In this document: piece after piece, positions 23,484 through 35,875 of the stretch
How the letters are laid out: each line of letters opens with the position of its first letter
Numbering within the stretch: position 1 is the stretch's first letter
NCBI RefSeq assembly: GCF_036321535.1
Contig: NC_087447.1
Location: forward strand, 32,242,001-32,306,000
Origin: Camelus dromedarius
Taxonomy: Eukaryota
Length of the DNA stretch: 64,000 bases
Direction of reading: 5' to 3'
Notes under the pieces: model-generated
Told to the model about the DNA's origin: nothing
The model's database searches: none
The model's input: only the letters and a program-made list of their open reading frames with translations
Translations under genes and position numbers: made by a program

Positions 23484-25193
23484 CTGAAAGTCCTAGCTAA
23501 TATCTCTCAGACCCTTTGACCTCTGCCATGTCAGCAACTGAGTCCCCCCAAAGCTCCGCTTGGCTAATAAGTGACGTGCCTGGAATTCATGGCAGGAGTC
23601 AATACAGTCCAACAATGCCATTTATCAATGTATAGCAATATTCTCAAGATTTCTTTCACTCACCTAAGACTTTGAAAGTCATAAAATCTATCCTGAGAAC
23701 TCCTTTTTTTTAACAAGAATGACAATTTTAATACAACTACGTGCAATGAAGAATGAATAATACACAGTGTACATTTAATTTTAAATTTTCTTCTTTTTTT
23801 TTAAACTGCTGTATGTCTAGTCTGTCTGACTTTTTCTAATTCTTTCTCTTCTCTAACTGAGCAGGATCTTTTTCTGTATATGGTATAATGCTAATTAATT
23901 CCTAAAACTCATTTTTCCTTTTTTTTTTAGTAAAAGAAGTTTTAGCTGAAAATCCAGATACTTAGGTGATAGCTCACATTTATTTTTTTAATGTTGGCAA
24001 ATCTAATGGCAATGTAACAATCACTGTGAGCTTAGCAAAATGTCTCCAGGCCAATTTGGCCCTCAGATTCACACTTGGAAAATTTCTGGACTAACAGTTT
24101 TAGAGGTTGTGTGACTTGGAAATTCCTCAGGCTCTCATAGGATGCCCCACACTCATTGCAGACCTGATTTGCTGGCAAATCTCACCTGCCCTTTTGTAAC
24201 TCATTAGCCAAGGGCAGGCCGTGTGTCGAAGCTGTGCCTATGGGAGAGCCATACCCCATCAGGCCAGTGTGGTGGTAGCAGGAGGAACCCCTGCTGGATC
24301 TTCCAGCAACAGCACCGGCAGTCACCCACGAGTGGATCAGCTCCCTGGCACTGAACGCAGCAGAGGCCCCATCATGACTCAGGTGCATATGGCAGCCCAA
24401 GGGAAGCTCCCCCAAAAGAAACTTAGACATTGAACCAGAAGACGATTTCAGGTTTAACTACTAAGTGACCTCATTTGACCCCAGAAGCAGAATAACCTAG
24501 AGGCATTGTGATTTTATTTGATTTTAGGCAACTTTTCAGTTTCATATACTTTGCACATCTCACATTGAGATATACACAGTTGTTGATTCTTAAGTAAATA
24601 CTTATACCAGGTAGTTGCTTTTCCTCCTGCAGTGACTGGTGCTGCCATTTTATACTGAATAGCTTCACTGAATTTTCTGAGTGATGTTAAGCGTAGACTA
24701 AGACACAAACTGCCACGTGGAGGAAGTCAGCCTCTTGAGTGATTTGAGATACCAGTCACACAGCCAAGTACGCTTGTTTCATGCCCTTGTCTTCAGTGCT
24801 CATTTTATTTCTTGCCCTTTGATCTAGGACTGCTGCCATCTGATCCGTGAGAGGCTTGACAACGTGTCTTGACAGATGGACTCCTTGTCAGCAGAATGGC
24901 CGTGCAGCGTCTCTGTGATGTCTTTCTTGCTGTCCAGAATGTGTGTTCACATTCCCATTTCTGGCCGTGTTAGTGGTGGGATCAGATGGCCACATTCCTG
25001 CATGTTTTGGAGAAAATGCTGGGAAACCAAAGCCCACAATAAGCCAAGTGTCACAACATTTTTCAAGAGTCTTATTACCCACAGTAAAAAGAGAGATCGT
25101 GAGAATATTAAAAATAGCTGTTTTGTGATCACTAGTTGAAGAAGCTCTGAAAAGCTGAGAGCCTGGTAGGCTGTCTTAAGACCAGATGGAGGT

Positions 25194-25655
25194 TGTTATA
25201 AGTTGAATTGTGTCCCCCTCCACCCCACTCAAATTCATATGTAGAAGTCCTAACCTCTAGTACCTCAGAATGGGAACTTAATCAGAAATAGCACCATTGT
25301 GAATATAACTAGTCAAGCTGAGGTCATACTGAACTAGAGTGGGTTCCCAGTCCAATGTGACTGGTATCTTTATAAAAAGGATGCCATATAAAGAGACAGA
25401 TACACACACAAGGAAAAGAATGCCATGTGAAGATTGAAGTTATGCTGCTGTAAGCCAAGGAACTGCCCCAAACCTGGAGAGAGACCTGGAACAGATCACT
25501 CCCTAGTGCTTTCAGAAAGAACCAGGTCCTGCTGATTTCAGGAACACCTTGATTTCAGGCTTCTGACCTCCAGAACTGTGAGGCAAGAAACTTCTGCTGT
25601 TCCGAGCCACCCAGTTTCCGTTACTTTATTACAACAGCCCGAAGAAGAGAATACA
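25194..25655 (+). mobile_element. MaLR solo LTR (MLT1B/C-like), 462 bp
   Basis: TG...CA termini, perfect 5-bp TSD GAGGT (25189-25193, 25656-25660). Confidence 0.9.
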
Positions 25656-28359
25656 GAGGTGTTCTGAGCTTCCCTCCTCTTCATTCTGTATTTATTAGTT
25701 GGGGGGCATAGTTTGGGGTAATGTGGAGATAATATGGAAAGAAATAAGACATGATTCCTACCTTCAGCGAGTTTGGTGGGGAGCACAGATTTAAGCGACA
25801 CGAGACAATGATCAGTAAGGACTATGTGGAAATAGAAGTAACTTGCTGTCAGTGAGCAGAAGAGAGCATGAGGTACCATGAGTACCCTTTCTTCTTGGTG
25901 CGACCTTTCTCCTCACCCCACGGGGGGTTCCACGCAGCCACGTGGCTGCTCCTGCCCACCCCCACCCAAGGGTCTCCTTACTGAACCTACCCTTCCTGGA
26001 GAGCAGCTCTTCGCAATTACCACCCTTCTTGAGACTTATCTCACATGGGTCTACCCCATCTAAGAATGCGTACTGTAGTGTTGGCTGAATTAGCCCTAGC
26101 CTTGCGTTCTAGCCCCAGATTGGACAAATCAAAGACCCTCTCTGGGTCTTTTTTTTTTTGATTTGAAAAAGATGGGAATAATGACTGTTCTCCATTCTAC
26201 CTTACAGTGAGGATAATAGGAGAGGTTTTCTGGAGACACTTTGCAAGCCTGTAATATACCACAAAATACTCATGGTTACTAGTGGTCTAATATGCTTGCA
26301 TCTAGTTACATCCTCCCCTTTTACTGGGCTCCTCTGGGACAGCTATGACCTTCATCCAAATGGAGGAACTTGAAGTCCCTGTATTTGTTTGGCACTTTAT
26401 ACAGATTTACAAAGCTTGCAAATCAAATTATCTTACTTAATTTTTTTTAACCAGAATTCAGTGCATTGTTATACCCATTTTGCAGATGTGGATACTGAGC
26501 TCAGAGAAATGAAGTGGTTTGCTTATACATGATCATGGATGTGATGTGTGATGTGTGTATTGGTCTCATTGCACTTGGCAACCTCTAGTGAGAGGGCTAT
26601 TTCAGATCACCCAGCATCTTTCTATTTTTTTTTTAAATCCTAATACAGGTAATCATAATGTCCATCATTAGTTATGAAGAACAATTTTGAGCTTGAAAGC
26701 CTTCTGGTGATACAGCAAGTTTTCATTTATATTTCTAGACACATCATAATGAACTATGTTCTGTCAAGAAAAAAAGAAGAAATATAATGAAAAGAAGTAC
26801 AAAATATGATGAGGATATGGTCAGAGCTTCAGGTGAATCAACTGTAAAGATGAGCCTGTTGTTCCTAGGTTGAATACATCAATTTCCTTGAGGAAAGAGA
26901 CTAACTGGGGGACACCTCTGGGATAAATACACCCCCTCATATATGATAACACCAAGTCACCTTTCCTTTTTGTGCATAACCTTGAGTTTCAGACAGAATC
27001 TTGAAAAAGAAGAAAGAGAAAAGTTTTGTAAATGTTGTGCATGGTTCTTTCTGCCTAGAATTGCAGACATCAGGGACAAGTGGATCACTCTGCCTTGGAA
27101 TCATTATTCAAGGTGCAGACAGCATGAGTTGTGTATCTGCTCATGTATTTTGATTATCCATATCTTGTTCTGGGGTTTGAGTTGTGAGTGGGTAGATATG
27201 GAAAAAGTGAACAGTCCAAGCTTTTGTCTTGACATCTGTAAGTACTCTGTGGTCCCCAGCACACACCATGTCCCCCAGCCACCCCCCTTTTCTTGGCACT
27301 CTTGTACAGAACCTGCTTCCAGTCTCTCCCCACTCCTGTGCCACATTCTATCAGACAGATCCAACCACTCAGGCCCCACTTAAAATTCCTTCAACTATAA
27401 GATAACATCTGAACACTTTAGTCTGGCATCCAAGACACTGCACAGCCAGCTTAATCATCCTATCTAGCCTCATATCTGCTACTAAGCACACTTCATAGTC
27501 CAACCACACTCACTCCTCCAGACACACCATGGTAGATACCTCTCCATGATCTGCTAACAATGTGGCCTCTGCCTCTATGTCTGTTCTCCGGTTATAAGGT
27601 GGACAAACATCTATTCCACTTTCAAAGTCTTATTCTATGTCTTCTTTCTCTGGTTTCCCTTCAGAAAAGAAGTATTAACTTAGTGAGGAGAATAACACCA
27701 TTCTGCCTACCTATGTAATTTTCTGTGCCTGTCAAATATGACCATGTATTTTTCTATTCATTAAGTATTAGTTGAGTTCTTAACTCTTGTTAGGCCTTGG
27801 ATGTAATATAGAGAACAAAAGATATCCTTCATGGTGTTTATGGTTTAGAGGGAGAAACATATGCTAAAGTTATAAACAAATAAATGTCTAAGTGTGATAA
27901 ATTGTGATAAATCATATGTAAAAGTGTTCTGGAAACTTTTAAGTGTTATGTACAGAATGGTTGTGAACTTTTGTTAATATGCAGCATTTGTTGCCTAAAT
28001 GAGAGATTCTACATACGTGAAATTCTCTTTCATTTGCTCTGATGGCATTCTATACCTGTTTCTTTTTATATTCTTCCTCTCCTCTAAACTGTGAGTTCCC
28101 CAAGAACAGAGACCATGTTTAATTCGGTTTTGTGTCCTCACAGTGACACACAGTCCTGCATGTAACTTACTAGATTTGAATGAGGTAATGAATAGGCAAA
28201 CACTGTAACTCTTGAAAAAATGTTTTAGTATGCACAATGTCAGCTTATTTGATTAGTATATTAAGTTTGATTAGCATATTAAATAAATCCCACTTGTCCT
28301 GTATGTATACACACTAACATTTGGGGACCGCTAACACTGAAATATGAAGACACTTGCCA

Positions 28360-28715
28360 ACCTCTTCCCACCTTTGCACTTACTATTTCCTCTTCCTGAA
28401 ACTGTCTTCCTGCCGTGCTCTGCCAGTCTAACTCATTCTCACTTCTGGGGTCTCACGCTGTGTGTCACATCTCTGAAGAAAATTTCCTCAACCCACAGAC
28501 TAGATCAAGACCCCCGTCTGAAATCCTCAGAGCACCGATACTTTGTCAGCATCTGCCACAATAACAATAGATTTTTCTCTTCTTGTTTTCTTTTTTACCG
28601 TCTTCACCCCACTGTATAAGCGTTCTATGAAGGCAGGATCCATTTCGTCATCGTCCCCACTGTATTCCTAGGACTGGCCACATAGTACATTATCAATAAA
28701 TATTTATTGCTTGAA
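28360..28715 (+). mobile_element. L2 3' end
   Basis: L2-like terminus ...cctaggactggccacatagtacattatcaataaatatttattgcttga; more L2 pieces at about 5720-6090, 9190-9630, 11940-12230 and 27340-28200. Confidence 0.65.
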
Positions 28716-30379
28716 AAACTAACTTACTGAAGGAAAGAGTGGTTCTTTATCTCAAAGGCACTGTTGTGAATGCCAAATACAGGTTCAATGTGCCCCTCTG
28801 CCACTAACCGGTTGGGCAGACGCAGACCCGTCACTGCGCTTTGCTAGCTGCCGCGTCCCCACCTATGAAAGGAAGGGGTCTGAGCATGTAGTTCAGCCCT
28901 TCCCAGTGCCGGGACTCTACACTATCTTCCACTAAACTGGTAAAAGGTGAGTGTGACCTGCTGCCGGAACTTAGGCTCATGTTTATCACCCAAGTATTTC
29001 AACTCGCTGCAGGGTGTTTAGTTAATAAATGGTTTCGTGAAATTCTCAAATCTCAACACCGGGAGGACAGGAGCCTCCGGCGTTGTCCATCCTGTTAGCT
29101 ATTGAGATGGGTGTCTAACTGAAAAAAAACAGTCAACAGGAACGTGAGCAGAAAATAAACGTTTGGTCGTATAAGAGCAAAATTCTGAGAACAATCGTGA
29201 TGTTTCTTCAAGTTGACGTGAGGAACTCAGCTATTTGTCAGCGAGAATAAAGTCAGAAAATTTCAGAGCCTCAGAGCTGGGAGGATCTTCAAGAACCATC
29301 GAGGCTAGACAATCCCTTTATTTTCCAGATAAGGAAGCCCAAGTCCAGGGAGTGGACTGGACTTGCCCTGGATCATACAAAGAGGCAGCGACAGGTCTGG
29401 GGCTTGGACCCAAACAATTCCGTTCTTTTCTGCAATCCCATTGCAACTGGAATTGAGAGAATTAATGTGCCTTTAGTCTAATGGCAAGATACAAATTTCC
29501 ACCCTGAATCACAGAGCTAGACGTGCCCTTCTACTCCCCCACACTCTTTTTTTTTCCTTTAAATCTTTGAGAAGCTGTCCAATAGACTCTGATGAGATCT
29601 GTCAGAATAATGGCTTTCATCTGTGACATTTATTCTCATGCACACTTTTGTTGGCTTTGTGCAGAAGAACTTCATTTGGATTCATAAACCTGTTCATAAA
29701 TGTGTCTATTTCTACCTTTACCATGACTTTCTAAAATAAAAACCGTTCCCCAAAGCTGTTGTATTAAATTCTGCGGCTCCAGAAAACTGTCAAATACCCT
29801 TGAAGATCATGACAATATCTTCACTGGCAACCCAGAGATTTAAAAAAGAAAGAAAGAAAGATAGAAAAAAGACTGGAGAGAAATAAGACTTGTGCTCTTT
29901 GGGAAATACATCTTAATCAGGTTTGCTTGTTTTTGTACTTAAAAATACATAAAAGTACTGTGAAAAATATAACAAAAAGCCATATGTAAATTGTGAGAGT
30001 AAACAAATAATAGTATTTTCTCATAAATGCTTTAGATGTTCTTTCAAATTGAAAGATGATAAATTTGACATTTCTTTTATGCTTTTCCCAGGTCCATTCT
30101 CTTCCTTCCTCTCCAGGTGCAACCACTATGAATACTTTTGTGTGTAGCCTTCCAATCCATGTCTTACCCTTTTACTATGCAGTATATAGTTTCTTAATAT
30201 TTTTTATAAATATGTATGTTTTATTTAGCTAAATAGCATCCTATAGTGTCTATTGTTCTGCACTTGTTTGTGTCACATAACATTGATAACATATAAATAC
30301 AAAAGAATCATTCAAAGAACCAACCTGAGTAATTTAGTGATGGTAAAAATAAAAGTATCTCTAGAGATAGTTTCCAGAA

Positions 30380-30790
30380 TGGCCCATTTTGATGAACCTG
30401 TGTACTTTGATTTAATCACAAGTCCAGCTAACAATGAGGTGTCAGAGCACTGTTTTATGAACGGAAAGAGCTGAGCCTCAGGGAAATTGAGTGACTTCCC
30501 AACGTCACACAACTACTTAGAGGCAGTGGAGGTGGTGATGGAGAGTTCAGGGTCTGGAGCCAGACAGCTTGTGGTCACTTTCTAACTTTACCCCATTAGT
30601 TGCATGACCTTGGGCAAGTTATTTACCTTCTTTGTGCCTAAGTTCCCTCATTTATAAAATGGAGTTCACAGTAGGATCTACCACAAAGAGTTATTGTGAA
30701 CATTACCTGACTTCATGCATATAAAGCCCTGAGAATTGTGTCTGGCATTTCATAAACTATAAATAATTCCTATTATTATGGTTATTATAC
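30380..30790. mobile_element. Two adjacent MIRs in opposite orientation
   Basis: MIR cores at about 30450-30520 (minus) and 30550-30780 (plus). Confidence 0.7.
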
Positions 30791-31760
30791 TTGATCCCTC
30801 ATTCACCTCCTCCTTCAAAGTAAAATTGAAGGTAAACAACACCTAAACAAACCAACAGACGGTGAAAAAAAGAAACTAAATGAAAAGGAGGAAGGGAGAC
30901 AGAAACAGCAATTGAGCCAAAAATTATGTTTCTAAGCCTCTTGGGAAGCAGACAAAGGAGACAGGGGGCTCAGGTCCCCTCCTATCTGACTGTTGGCAGT
31001 GCTCTAATGCATCAGGAAAACCAGTCCTCAAACTTAGAAATGCAAAGATCTTTATCTAATGCATATCGAGTGAAGTAATAAAACTTGCCCTGGAATGTAA
31101 TTTAACAAAACTGGACAGGTTTCTTCATTTTCTTTGCTCTTGGTGAAGGCTGAGGGTTTCATTCAGTAAAAGCTGCTGAATTTGGACAGGGGAGCCGGTG
31201 ATAGTCCAGATTATGCGGCTCTGAGGTTCTTGCTGAATTCAGGGGAAAGATTGGAGAAACTTGAGGATTTTAAGGGATTGCATAGCATAGACGAACCCTC
31301 ACAAATGAAAGGTTTTGACAGCAGCTGGATGAAAATTCAGGTTTGAGATCTTGCGTGAGGATGGAGAGAAAAAAAAAACCCTGCTAATTATATCACTGCA
31401 GTAGAATTAAATCTCAATAGCCACTATTTGTGGTTAAAACTTAGGGAGGCAGCATGAAGGTAAAGGAAGAAAATGAAAAGAGAAGATGTATAGGTCATTA
31501 GAAACCCAGGGGAGGGACACAAACAGAAAGGTATTTGGAGAATTGGAAAATGCCCTTAGTTCAGTCCATCCATCTCCCCTCCTGCAGGCAGTCAGGCCTG
31601 GAGATAGTTGGTGCCGACCTACCCCGTCTCCTGCAGCATGGGGAAGCCTGAGCCTGACAACAGCTTCCTCATCTGAAACTAAAAAAAAAAAACCAAACAC
31701 GGAGAACACATTGTATGCAGCCCACTTTAGATCTTTGGACATTAAGAAAAATCCTTTATC

Positions 31761-31828
31761 TTGTGCTCTACACTGGAATTTGACACAACATTGTAAAATG
31801 ATTATAAATCAATAAAAATGTTAAAAAA
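31761..31828 (+). mobile_element. Extremely 5'-truncated L1 (68 bp), same family as 21032-21846
   Basis: Near-identical to 21777-21846; TSD aaaaatccttt(a/c)tc at 31747-31760 and 31829-31842. Confidence 0.9.
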
Positions 31829-34104
31829 AAAAATCCTTTCTCAGGGAGGTTGGCAGGGGCCTGGTGTCCAGGAGCCTCTTCTCTCGATCACATCCGTGTG
31901 GCCTGACTGGGCAGCTGCGGATGCCACCTACACTTCAGGGAGGGGACTGGACTTTAGGGTCCATGAGAACAGGAGCTGTTTTCTCCCCACCCTGTATCCC
32001 CAGTGATTGCACAGTGTATGTGCTTCATGGACATTTACTGAGTGAATATATGAACTAGTAAATAAACCCCGGAAAAGCCAACTGCAATTGCTGGTAGCAC
32101 TCTCTGTAGAGGAACACAGGAACAATCATCTACAAAAATAACTGAAATGTCCATTATGGTTATAGAAGTTAAATCTGTGTGTGTCTGTAACTTCACATTT
32201 CCCCGAAACACTGTGCGAGCAAAGATAAAGGGAAAAGGGCGCAAGGATGAAACGGTCATAAAGAAGGTATTGAGTAAATAAATAGATTAAATGTAGCTCA
32301 TGTCAAGTAATAGAATATTAGACCATAGAACTCTGCTACTCAAGTAGGAAAATACACATGCTATACTGTTAAGTGGAAAAAGTAAGTTGCAACAGTAAAT
32401 CAAGTATGATTTCAAATTACAAATTACAAAGTATATGTGAGCTTTCTGCATATTTTTCATAGAAAAGATTCTAAAAAGGTTAACAGTGCTTATCTCTGGG
32501 TAGTAAGACTATCCATTACCCTTATTTTCATTATTTTTAATACTGTTCTTTACTTAAGGAAAATTATCTCCCCTCCCTTATTCTACACTTATAATCAGAA
32601 GAGTAATAAAGCGATTTAAAAGTAAAAATGAAATTTCTCTCCTGCTATAGCCACATAGTCTGTATTCTTGTTCTAATCTTGCCTGGGGAATATTTAGGAA
32701 GTTAACTACATTGCTTAGACCCAGTTCCCTTTCTTGGAGAATAGAACTACTAACACTGGTATGTGTCCTTTGAATTTTACAAGGTGTGGTTGGAATGAGG
32801 GAATGTGTGGGAAAGCATTTTGCAAGTTGCAAAATACTGGATGCATACAACAGTATCGATGAGGGTGGGTGTTGGGACAAGGAGGAAACTGAAAGGGGAG
32901 ATAACTTTGCATGATTGAGATCAGTGCAAATGAGCGTGGTCAGCGGTAATATTTAGAGACATCATTAGAACAATTTTCTTCTAAGAACTGTAACCTTTTG
33001 TATTATGGAGTTGGGGAAATTATGGAGTGTTAGATTATGATGTGTTCATTCCTGTCATCAAGTTATGCAAAGATGGCATTGAGTTGCCTTAAAAATTAAG
33101 CCAAGCCTCTGGCTGTTGTTTATGTAGAGGATTGCAGGAAGAGAAAATACATTCCCTCGTCTCCCACTCTGAAGTTATGTGAGCAGTGGATATAAGGTAG
33201 AGGTTGAACCAATAACCATTCCTTAATCAATTCCTTAAATAAAAACCTGGTTAAAAAAATAAAAATGGAAGCAAAAGCACAGCTAATCAGAACAGGTCCT
33301 TTGCAAATGCGTTATATCCTCTGAATCCTCTTGATCAAGTCAGCTTCTCTTATTGACCTTCAGCATCTTCATTTGTTAAATAGGGATGTCAACTAAATCA
33401 CCCCATAAGTCCCTTAAAGTAATAGATTCCATGAATCTCAATTACCAATACCATATAAGTATGGTCTCCTCTGTCCACACATTTGTAAAATAGGGAATCA
33501 GAGCAAATGATCATCTTTTCAGGGACATCGACATTCCATTGGCTTCCTTGGTAAATCTTGCTCACTGTTCGCTGGTTTGGCTGACACATGATACTAATGT
33601 CATGGCTCAGTTTTACCTTGGGAACATTATTTAAACTTTCTGAGCTTCGGTTCCTTCCTTTGTGATCTGGGAATAGAGAGACTACCTACTCTGGAGGATC
33701 ATTGTGGAGTTATGTAAGATGCTCCACTTAAAGTGATTGGGACAGTCCAAGCACAGCGTGTGTGTACAATCAAATTTGGGTAGCATCGTTGAATTGACAA
33801 GTTTTGAGTTTTTCCTAAGGTTTCATTTTTTTTTAAGTTTAGCATAAATTGTGAGAAGACTGTCATTGAAAGATAGAGTTTGACTCAGAGACCAATTTCT
33901 TGATGTAAAACTCTTTCTGCAGAACCACATCCCACACAATGTAAAGAATGCCACGTTCTTCAGTTAAATCTCAAGTAGCTAGAAAGGCTGATATTCTTGA
34001 GCCTAGATTTAACTCCATTGACGTATACACAAGCTAAATTCACATTTACAAACAAAGTTACAAACAAAATAGAATCAGCCCAAATTAATGTATTGGTTTT
34101 TTGC

Positions 34105-35875
34105 AAAAGGATAAATAGAGCATTTTATTAACACTTTTTTTTTTGCAGCAACAAAATGATAGTCTACATCTTTTCATTCAACACAACAAAAGCTATGATC
34201 GCATTACATCACTTTGAGACACAAAGCAAAAGATATTTTTATTTTCTTAATGTCAAGAATGGTGTGCATCTTAAAAACAGACTTTATGTTTTATATTTGC
34301 ATTAGCAGGGCCTCCAGTCACCAGCACTATACAATGAACAGATCAAATATCCAGAATAGACAATTAAACATACCAATGATATTTTGAGTTGAACTGGGAA
34401 ATGCATCATTGTCATTTTAGAACATTATAAAGAGGTCTGATGTTAACTTTTTTAAAAGAAAAAAAATCATCATTCCAACCACCCAAACAGCTACCATAAG
34501 CGAAGTAAAGATAATACGCACACAGGAAATTTTATGCATTGCACTTATTGCTTGATACACAAATGTCGCAATTCCTGTTGAGTTATATTAAGAAATGACA
34601 AGCAAAACGCCTCTGCCCCATCTAAAATTCTATGACTCTATGAAAGTAGAAATTGCAGTCCCCTAACCCAACATTAGGTGTATGCTATTTTTGGTTTTTT
34701 GGTGAAGATTGTTTATTATGTATCTGTGTATGGATACGTATAAGATATACAGATATATATAGATATTTTCATATAATTTATTGTCCTATATATTTGACAA
34801 ATATTTTTAATGGGACTTTAAATAATAAAATTGTCTACTTACAATATCTCTATTAAGTTTATCTTTTCATATTATATATAGCTCTGTGGCACGTTTCATA
34901 TAGTATTTAATTATTAAGGAAGAAAGATACCTATATCGCTTCTATTTTGTTTGTCATGAATATTGCATTTTAAGGGCTATATCTCCATAGTAAACATATT
35001 AGATTCTTCATGGTGTATGCATTTTTTTTCCTAATGCAAGTTACAACCAGTACAAAGTTGTAATAAAAAATACATTGAAGTCTATTTATTGTTTATTTTT
35101 GCAAAAAAGTTGTGCGATATGCTACATGAAAAGTCAGATTTTACTGAAATGTGAAGTGTTTCATACTGTTAGGTAAATGAATGGAAGAACATGAAGCATA
35201 CCCCTCACTTTACAAGTTCTTTGTCATAGATGTGTTTGTGCCCAAGCATCTCATAGAAAACACTGCAAGATATTCCTCTTGAAAACCAACAAAATATTCT
35301 ACATTATGTAATAACAGTAATTGCTAGTTGCTAGCCCACAACATTCTTCTCTGCATGAGAGATATCCCAACTCCATGATTTATACTCAATAAATGTTGCC
35401 AACACCTGATGCAGCCAACATGACTTCACTTTTTTTTTTTTTTAAACAGGACTTCTGCACCGTATCTTGCAATGCAGTGTAACAAATATATAAGTGCATT
35501 TTGCATGATCAAGTAGCTTTGGCTTCCTAACCTTTGTAGGATGGGATGTACCAACTCTTTCAGTTGTGCTTTATTAAATGGTGATGAGTTTTAGCTCATA
35601 TGAATCCGATGAGTAACTACTTGCTTCTACAATTTTGACCAGTCAACCTTTAAATCACAAACGAATAGATGACTCGAATGGAAAGAATGGCATCTCACAA
35701 CTTCTACAGATTGCACTTGATGGTAACTTCATGAGTTTGTTTTGATTTCATTTTTACAGCAAGACTTGCCTGATTGATATGTTTACATGTTTACATCACA
35801 TTTTTTTTAAAATTTTTGTGCAATCACAATTAATTTAATCACAAACACTAATAAGAAATCCAGCAATTAGCTTTG
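34105..35875 (-). other. SLC17A6: SLC17A6 3' UTR (about 1.8 kb, end approximate)
   Basis: AT-rich, repeat-free stretch after the stop codon ending shortly after an AATAAA; cleavage site inferred. Confidence 0.7.
34124..34129 (-). terminator. Probable distal polyadenylation signal (AATAAA) of SLC17A6
   Basis: tttatt on plus strand; T/GT-rich sequence further downstream on the minus strand (34040-34070). Confidence 0.65.

Larger units (their letters stand above)
5045..23736 (-). pseudogene. Putative decayed multi-exon gene (about 11 exons), tentatively Zisupton/KDZ-transposase-derived (HMGXB3-like)
   Basis: Exon-like segments with entry/exit phases: 23664-23736 (0-1), 23315-23483 (1-2), 17430-17512 (2-1), 15284-15514 (1-1), 12907-13034 (1-0), 12440-12657 (0-2), 9810-10026 (2-0), 7034-7468 (frameshifted, acceptor reads GG), 6461-6646 (1-1), 6148-6290 (1-0), 5045-5457 (one frameshift, terminal TGA, AATAAA at 5005-5010). 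They fall in repeat-free patches. Sites were chosen by eye. Confidence 0.5.

Noticed and set aside
26943..27383. 146-aa plus-strand ORF
   Set aside because: No recognisable motif, runs into L2-like sequence, no supporting splice structure.
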